DNA of 64,000 nucleotides from Thalassobaculaceae bacterium (GTDB lineage Bacteria; Pseudomonadota; Alphaproteobacteria; Thalassobaculales; Thalassobaculaceae): NCBI GenBank assembly GCA_965228875.1, contig OZ245843.1, positions 3,516,616 to 3,580,615 of the forward strand, read 5' to 3'. Shown piece by piece: positions 57,898 to 64,000 of this stretch (position 1 is its first letter; each line of letters starts with the position of its first letter). The notes under the pieces were generated by a model. It saw only the letters and a program-made list of their open reading frames with translations, ran no database searches and was not told where the DNA came from. The position numbers and the translations under genes were made by a program.

Positions 57898-58689
57898 ATG
57901 GCAGACGATTTGGTGACCTTCACACTCGAGGACGGGCTGGCCCGGCTCACCCTGAACCGGCCCGAGGCCGGCAACTCGATCACCCCGGATCAGGGCAAGG
58001 CGCTGATGCAAGCGGCCGTGCGCTGTTGTTCCGACAGCGCGGTGCGCGCGGTGCTGCTGACCGGCGCCGGCAAGAATTTCTGCGTCGGCGGCGACCTGAA
58101 GACCTTCAAGGCGGCGGGACCGGGGGTCGGCGCGCTGATCAAGGAGACGACGGCCTATCTGCACGCCGCCTGCTCGACTCTGGCGCGGATGGACGCGCCG
58201 CTGATCATTGCCGTGCAGGGAGCAGCGGCCGGGGCCGGCCTCTCTCTGGCGCTTCTCGGCGACATCGTGTACGCCGCCGAGAGCGCGAAATTCGCGATGG
58301 CCTACACGGCGGCGGGCCTGTCGCCCGACGGCGGCTCGACCTTTCTGCTGCCCCGGGTCGTCGGCCTGCGCCGCGCCCAGGAACTGACGCTGACCAACCG
58401 GCGTCTTTCGGCCGTAGAGGCGGTCGACTGGGGGATCGCCACCGCGGCGGTTCCGGATGAGCACCTGCTGGCACGGGCCGAGGAGACGGCGCGCGCCCTC
58501 GCCGCCGGACCGACGCGCGCCTACGGCCGGGCCCGCCGGCTTCTGATCGACAGCTTCGACACCTCGTTCGAGACCCAGATGGAGAAGGAGGGCGCCGGCA
58601 TCGCCGCCTCCGCCGTGGAGCCCGACGCCCAGGAAGGCCTCGACGCCTTCCTGAACAAGCGGATCCCGGTGTATCGCGGGACGGCCTGA
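57898..58689 (+). CDS. Enoyl-CoA hydratase/isomerase family protein
   Basis: LNRPE.GN, FCVGGDL, GAAAGAG, GLSPDGG. Confidence 0.9.
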   Translation: MADDLVTFTLEDGLARLTLNRPEAGNSITPDQGKALMQAAVRCCSDSAVRAVLLTGAGKNFCVGGDLKTFKAAGPGVGALIKETTAYLHAACSTLARMDAPLIIAVQGAAAGAGLSLALLGDIVYAAESAKFAMAYTAAGLSPDGGSTFLLPRVVGLRRAQELTLTNRRLSAVEAVDWGIATAAVPDEHLLARAEETARALAAGPTRAYGRARRLLIDSFDTSFETQMEKEGAGIAASAVEPDAQEGLDAFLNKRIPVYRGTA

Positions 58690-58780
58690 GCCGGCCCGGT
58701 CGGCGCAAAAGGCTCGCTCCACGGGCGGAAGTGTTCGATCATGACGATCGGGGAACGGACCAGCGCTTGAGAGAAGGCCC

Positions 58781-59353
58781 TTGATACGACCGACGACGAG
58801 CGAGGCCGGCGGACCACCCCTGGGAGTCTGTCTGACTGTGTTCGAGCACTGGCTGGCCCTGCGGGCGGACTCGCCGAGGCAGGACAGGATCCCGCTTCGC
58901 TCACAGATCGACATGTTGAGCCTGCCGGCGGAGACTCTGCCCTGGTTCTTCATCAATCAGCGCAAGGGCGACCGCTACGTCAACCGGCTCGCGGGGACCG
59001 CCATGGTCGAGGGGATCGGCTTCGAGACCAGAGGCCGTTACCTCGACGAAATGATGGCGCCGGAGACCTATCCGTATCGCAAGGTGCTGTTCGACACCGC
59101 TCTCGACAAGGGCGTGTGCGTCCACTACCGCGCCACCCTCGCCGCGCCGAACCGCCAACACGTCGGGTTCACCCGGATCCTGTTCCCGGCCGCCTCCGAG
59201 ACGTCCGGCGCCGCCGATCTGGTGTGTGGGACGATGGTCTTCTTCGGGGAGGCCGCGCTCTCGCCGGACGAGACGGAGCTGCTGAAACAGGGTTTCCGCG
59301 GCATCCTCTTCCAGGCGTTCTTCGACGGCAGCCAGTGGCAGGCGCTGGAATGA
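58781..59353 (+). CDS. Stand-alone PAS-fold (PAS_5-like) protein
   Basis: HW.......IPLRSQID...LP...LPW...RLAGT; start uncertain. Confidence 0.72.
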   Translation: MIRPTTSEAGGPPLGVCLTVFEHWLALRADSPRQDRIPLRSQIDMLSLPAETLPWFFINQRKGDRYVNRLAGTAMVEGIGFETRGRYLDEMMAPETYPYRKVLFDTALDKGVCVHYRATLAAPNRQHVGFTRILFPAASETSGAADLVCGTMVFFGEAALSPDETELLKQGFRGILFQAFFDGSQWQALE

Positions 59354-59410
59354 CACCACCGACATGCGCCGGCATCGACGACCCTGCAAGAACGAACTCT
59401 TCGGAAGGAG

Positions 59411-59487
<77 letters not shown>

Positions 59488-59498
59488 GACTCGGGCGG

Positions 59499-59527
59499 AA
59501 CCTACTGTCCGGCGACGGATTAGGCAA
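59499..59527 (-). promoter_or_regulatory. Sigma70-type promoter of tRNA-Arg
   Basis: TTGCCT-N17-TAGGTT followed by a GC-rich discriminator. Confidence 0.55.
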
Positions 59528-59716
59528 GCGCAACCTCGCCGCTCCGCGTGATCTTATCCGTACGGAGCGGCGTCGGCACGGGACCGGAGCGGGGGCCGGC
59601 GCCACCCCCACGCAGGGGCGGCCTCCACAGTTGCCCGCTTGCCGGCCCAGGGCGGCTGTCGCACTCTTGCGGCCAATCAAGAAACGGGTCTCGTCAACGC
59701 ACAGGGAAACGCCTCC

Positions 59717-61462
59717 ATGTCCACCGCCGTCGCCGCCGCCCCCGAAGCCACCGACCCCAAAGTCGCCGAAGACCACACCGTCGATGTCCTGGTCGTCGGT
59801 TCCGGCGCCGGCGGACTGTCGGCCGCCGTCACGGCCGCCCATCGCGGCCTCGACGTCCTCGTCGTCGAGAAGGAGGCGGTGTTCGGCGGCACCACCGCGC
59901 GCTCCGGCGGCTGGCTCTGGATTCCGTGCAACGGCCCCTCCGCCCGCGAAGGCGTGGAGGACAGCCTCGAGGCGGCCCGCACCTACCTGCAGCACGAGGC
60001 CGGCAACCATTTCGACCCCGAAAGAGTGGACGCCTTCCTGGAGAACGGCCCCAGGATGGTCGCGTTCTTCGAAGCCGAAACCGAGGTGGACTTCATCACC
60101 GGAACCGCCTTCTCTGACTATCACCCGACGGCGCCCGGCGGGGTCGAGGGTGGCCGCTCGATCTGCGCGGCACCGTTCGACGGACGCCGGTTGGGCGACG
60201 AGGTGAAGCGGCTGCGCCCGCCGCTGCGCGAGATCACCGTGCTGGGCATGATGATCGGGTCGGGCAAGGAGCTGCTGCATTTCTTCAACGTCACGAAGTC
60301 GCTGACCTCCGCCGCCTTCGTTGCGCGCCGGCTGGTCAGCCATTTCTACGACGTCGCCACCCGGGGCCGGTCGATGCGCCTGACCAACGGCAATGCGCTC
60401 GCCGGACGGCTGGCGAAATCGGCGTTCGACCGGGGCGTCGCGCTCTGGACCTCGGCGCCCGCCGTGGAGCTTCTGGTCGACCGGGAGGGCGCGGTCACCG
60501 GAGCCGTCGTCGAACGCGAGGGCCGTCGCGTCACGATCGCCGCCCGCAAGGGCGTCGTCCTCGGCGCCGGCGGGTTTCCCCAGGACCTGGACCGGCGACG
60601 GCGGCTGTTCCCGCATGCGCCGAGCGGCGCGGAACACCATTCGCCGGCGCCGGCGGGCAATACCGGCGACGGCCTGCGCCTGGCAGAGCGGGCGGGTGCG
60701 GCGCTGGACGAGAGCCTGCCGAACGCCGCCGCCTGGGTGCCGGTCTCGAAGGTGCCATGGCCGGACGGTTCCACCGGCGTGTTCCCGCACTTCATCGACC
60801 GGGCCAAACCGGGCGTGATCGCGGTCGCGCCGGACGGCCGCAGGTTCGTCAACGAGGGAAACTCCTACCACGACTTCGTCCAGGCGCTGGTCAAGGCCTG
60901 CGACGGCACGCCGGGAGAGGCCCGCGGCTGGCTGATTATCGACCATCGGGCCATCCGCAAGTACGGCCTCGGCTTCGCCAAGCCCTTCCCGCTGCCGATC
61001 GCCCCGTACATCCATTCCGGCTATCTCAAGCGCGGCCGCACACCGGGCGAGCTTGCGGCCGAGATCGGCATCGATCCGAAAGCCCTGGAGGACACAGTCG
61101 CCCGGTTCAACGGACCGGCCGCCAGGGGAGAGGATCCGGACTTCGCCAAGGGCTCGACCGCCTACAACCGCTTCCAGGGCGACCCGGAGATCCAGCCGAA
61201 CCCCTGCGTCCACCCGCTCGACACCCCGCCCTACTACGCCGTCGAGGTCGTGGTCGGGGACCTCGGCACCTTCGCCGGCATCCGAACCGACGCCAATGCC
61301 CAGGCCCTCGACGCCTCTGGCGCGCCGATTCCCGGCCTCTATGCCGTCGGCAACGACAACGCCTCGATCATGGGGGGCAACTATCCGGGCGGCGGCATTA
61401 CCCTCGGGCCGGCGATGACCTTCGGCTACATCGTCGGCAACCGGCTGGCCGAGACGCCCTGA
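59717..61462 (+). CDS. FAD-dependent oxidoreductase (3-ketosteroid dehydrogenase-like, FAD_binding_2)
   Basis: VVGSGAGG, GGTTARSGGWLWIP, GRRFVNE, GLYAVGN, YPGGGITLGPAMTFGY. Confidence 0.88.
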   Translation: MSTAVAAAPEATDPKVAEDHTVDVLVVGSGAGGLSAAVTAAHRGLDVLVVEKEAVFGGTTARSGGWLWIPCNGPSAREGVEDSLEAARTYLQHEAGNHFDPERVDAFLENGPRMVAFFEAETEVDFITGTAFSDYHPTAPGGVEGGRSICAAPFDGRRLGDEVKRLRPPLREITVLGMMIGSGKELLHFFNVTKSLTSAAFVARRLVSHFYDVATRGRSMRLTNGNALAGRLAKSAFDRGVALWTSAPAVELLVDREGAVTGAVVEREGRRVTIAARKGVVLGAGGFPQDLDRRRRLFPHAPSGAEHHSPAPAGNTGDGLRLAERAGAALDESLPNAAAWVPVSKVPWPDGSTGVFPHFIDRAKPGVIAVAPDGRRFVNEGNSYHDFVQALVKACDGTPGEARGWLIIDHRAIRKYGLGFAKPFPLPIAPYIHSGYLKRGRTPGELAAEIGIDPKALEDTVARFNGPAARGEDPDFAKGSTAYNRFQGDPEIQPNPCVHPLDTPPYYAVEVVVGDLGTFAGIRTDANAQALDASGAPIPGLYAVGNDNASIMGGNYPGGGITLGPAMTFGYIVGNRLAETP

Positions 61463-61477
61463 CCGGCCCGGGCGCCG

Positions 61478-62671
61478 TCAGACGATCACCCGGTCCAGCA
61501 GTCCCAGCAGTTTGGTCAGGTCGTCGGCCGCGAGCTTGCCGTCGCTCGATTTCGCGGTGTGCTGGCGCCAGACGGCGACCCCGTGGTTCATGGCCGAGAT
61601 CGACGCCGCGATGTCCCAGAACAGGGTGCTCGAGTCCTTCAGGAACTCGATGAAGGGCCGGGCGTCGCCGCCGCGCACGAACAGGTCCTCATAGCCCTGG
61701 TTGTAGACCCTCAGGATCTCCGAACTGTTCTTGAGATGGCGGGCGAAGGCCGTCGCGACGTTCCGGGCCTTGGCCTCCAGTTCCTCGCGTACCGCGCTCT
61801 TGACGTAATGCGACGGCGTCGCCGCCTTGGTGTGCAGCCAGTCGGCGAACCCCAGAAGGGTCCGCTGTCCCCGCTTGTACTGGAACTCGTAGTAGGTCAC
61901 GCCCTTCCAGGAATAGTAGATCTCGCCGGCCTGGTCCGGGTCGATGCGGAAGACCTGGGTGATGGGGGCAAGGTAGGCGAGGTCCTTGCCCTCCCAGAGC
62001 TTCATGATGAACTGCTCGGCGGTCTCGGCCGCCTTCGGCGACTTCGGGTCGACCACGCGCGTGGTGATCGGCTTGAACTTGCCCAGGATGTATTTCTTGA
62101 TCTCCTGGAACTCGGCCTCGGAGATCTCGAAATAGGCGTCCGGTGCCGCGATCCCGTCGGTCTCGAGCCGATCGCGCAGCAGGAACGGGTCGAGCGACGG
62201 CAACTCCTCGATCAGCTCGATCAGGCGACGGTCCAGGGCGACCGACCGGCCTTCCTCGTTGATGTTGAAGCCGGTGAGTTCGTACAACGCCTCGGCCCGG
62301 CCGCGGGCCACGCTGAGATCAAGGCTGTTGCCGCCGCCGGCGATCGCGTCGATGTCGAACGGAATGTACAGGAAGGTCGCGATATCGCCCTTCTCCACCC
62401 GGGCGGTCATATCGAAGGTGATGGTTTTCACTTCGCCGTTCTCGAGAATCTCGGCGGTGCTGCTGAGACCCGCGCCGGTATGCAGAGGCTGGGCGGCGTC
62501 CTTCGGCCGTTTGATGAAGATGCAGTCGTTCAGGCCGCGATGGGAGAACAGAAACCTGTCGGCCGCTCCACCGGACGCCGCTTCAAGCTTGTGGGTGATC
62601 TCCGCGACGTTGAAGATCCGGCTGGCGCCGGAGGCCAGCGTTTCGCGCAGCGCATGCTGTTCTGCGGCCAT
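61478..62671 (-). CDS. Uncharacterised protein, about 397 aa (paralog family member B)
   Basis: Strong codon bias; LPSLDPFLLR motif; start at MAAEQH. Confidence 0.85.
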   Translation of the reverse strand: MAAEQHALRETLASGASRIFNVAEITHKLEAASGGAADRFLFSHRGLNDCIFIKRPKDAAQPLHTGAGLSSTAEILENGEVKTITFDMTARVEKGDIATFLYIPFDIDAIAGGGNSLDLSVARGRAEALYELTGFNINEEGRSVALDRRLIELIEELPSLDPFLLRDRLETDGIAAPDAYFEISEAEFQEIKKYILGKFKPITTRVVDPKSPKAAETAEQFIMKLWEGKDLAYLAPITQVFRIDPDQAGEIYYSWKGVTYYEFQYKRGQRTLLGFADWLHTKAATPSHYVKSAVREELEAKARNVATAFARHLKNSSEILRVYNQGYEDLFVRGGDARPFIEFLKDSSTLFWDIAASISAMNHGVAVWRQHTAKSSDGKLAADDLTKLLGLLDRVIV

Positions 62672-62895
62672 GGTTCGGGGTCGCGACCCTATCTTGACGT
62701 CTCTGATGCGACGGGGAACCGACAATATTACCGTGGCCCGCCGGACGCAATTGACCGGCGGTTGTACGCGACGGAAGCCAGCGGACGGCCCCTCTCCAGA
62801 CCCGAAGTTTGGCGGTGCCGCTCGCGTCCGGATCGGTTACACCTGTTGCCTCGGCCGTCCGGTCTTCTGGTCATGCACGACAGTGGGGAGTCGAA

Positions 62896-63726
62896 TTGTC
62901 CAGCCACCGCCTCGCCGCATTCGCCCTGTGGCTCGCGTTTCTCGTCGTCGCCAGCCCGGCATCCGCCGAGCCGCCGGCCACCTTCGCGGGCCGGCCGAGC
63001 CTGACCTTCGTCTTCGAGACGCGGGCCAATCCGCCGCGCTACCTGGGCGAGGGGACGGCGATCAACTGGGATCGCCCGGGCCTGACCCTGGAACTCCTGA
63101 AACGCCTTGGCGAGCGGCTGCGGGTCAACCTGGAATTCCGACGCTACCCGTGGAAGCGCGGGCTCTACCTGGTGGAGACCGGCGAGGTCGACGGCATTTT
63201 CCACGCCAGCTACAAGATGGAGCGTGAGAAGATCGGCGTCTATCCGAAGACTCCCGACGGGATGGTCGATCCCGCCAGGGCCGTGTTCGTTCAATCCTAT
63301 GCGCTTCACGTTCTCAAGGGCTCCGAGGTCACCTGGGACGGCAAGGCGATCGGCGGGCTCGGCAACGCGGCGGTCGGCGCCACGGCCGGTTATTCCGTCA
63401 TCGCCGACCTGGAGAAGCTCGGGGTTCGGGTCGAGACCGGGCGGGTTCAGGAAATCAACCTGAACAAGCTGGTCGCCGGGCGCATCGCCGCCTATGCCGA
63501 GCTTGAGAACATGGCCGCGGCGGCGATCGCGGCGAACCCCGCCGCCTATTCCGATGTCGTGAGGCTGGAACCGCCGCTGATCTCCAAACCCTACTACCTG
63601 CTGCTGTCCCACGCCTTCGCCGACCGCGACCCCGCCCTGGCAAGCGCGGTCTTCGACACCATCGCCGAGATCAACGCCGACCCGGCGTTCCAGCGGATCG
63701 TCGCCCGCTACGCCGCGGGATCCTGA
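62896..63726 (+). CDS. Periplasmic solute-binding protein (amino-acid/family 3-like)
   Basis: GGGGAG RBS plus TTG, signal peptide, YPWKR.L..VE.GEVDG, KL.AGRI. Confidence 0.8.
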   Translation: MSSHRLAAFALWLAFLVVASPASAEPPATFAGRPSLTFVFETRANPPRYLGEGTAINWDRPGLTLELLKRLGERLRVNLEFRRYPWKRGLYLVETGEVDGIFHASYKMEREKIGVYPKTPDGMVDPARAVFVQSYALHVLKGSEVTWDGKAIGGLGNAAVGATAGYSVIADLEKLGVRVETGRVQEINLNKLVAGRIAAYAELENMAAAAIAANPAAYSDVVRLEPPLISKPYYLLLSHAFADRDPALASAVFDTIAEINADPAFQRIVARYAAGS

Positions 63727-63734
63727 CCGGAATC

Positions 63735-64000
63735 ATGGTGACAGGGGACCAGAAGACGACCGCGGCCGGCCCGGCAGAGGGAACTTCGAGCCGGTCGGCG
63801 GTGACCGGGCGGCTGTTCCGGGTGGCGTTCCTGTTCTACCTGCTTGCCGCGGTCATCATAACCAGCGCCCTGATCGCGGAGACCTATCTGTCGGCGCGGT
63901 CCGACCTCGATCGCGAGCTGTCGATCTATCAGCGCACGCTGGAACGCACGCTCGCCAACCCGCTGTGGTCGCTCGATCTGGAGGAAGTGGAAAAGATCTC
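63735..64000 (+). CDS. 5' fragment of a membrane-anchored sensor (histidine kinase or GGDEF-type N-terminus), runs off the window
   Basis: MVTGDQ...RLFRVAFLFYLLAAVIITSALIA (TM) followed by ...LANPLWSLDLEEVEKI; open at the edge. Confidence 0.55.
   Translation, partial: MVTGDQKTTAAGPAEGTSSRSAVTGRLFRVAFLFYLLAAVIITSALIAETYLSARSDLDRELSIYQRTLERTLANPLWSLDLEEVEKI

Overview
High-GC chromosomal window from an alphaproteobacterium. A Rhodospirillales-like origin is inferred from CtrA boxes, FzlA, MmcB, alpha-type CheZ, stand-alone PAS_5 proteins and ffs-dnaX-ybaB-recR synteny. The first 17.7 kb is a single giant RTX-type surface protein gene on the minus strand (at least 5,913 codons, open at the left edge, so absent from the ORF track). 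It is divergent from gmhA-hldE (ADP-heptose synthesis). The rest is mostly housekeeping and metabolism: a pentapeptide-repeat gene coupled to mmcB, tam, cheZ-like, a bacterial voltage-gated Na+ channel, cytochrome c, mcd, phnCDEE, zapE, recR/ybaB/dnaX/SRP RNA, eda, aceA with a RamB-type regulator, an MscS channel, fzlA, tRNA-Gly(TCC) and tRNA-Arg(CCG). No CRISPR array, integrase, transposase or prophage gene was seen. The leading candidates for something undescribed are: (1) three dispersed, unannotated 320-400 aa proteins that align with each other by eye, one sharing a twin CtrA-like promoter with cheZ; (2) a hidden 29-aa membrane peptide gene behind a perfect CtrA box; (3) the giant modular adhesin paired with heptose synthesis; and (4) a leaderless Arg-rich leader ORF plus hairpin upstream of a stand-alone ACT-like gene.
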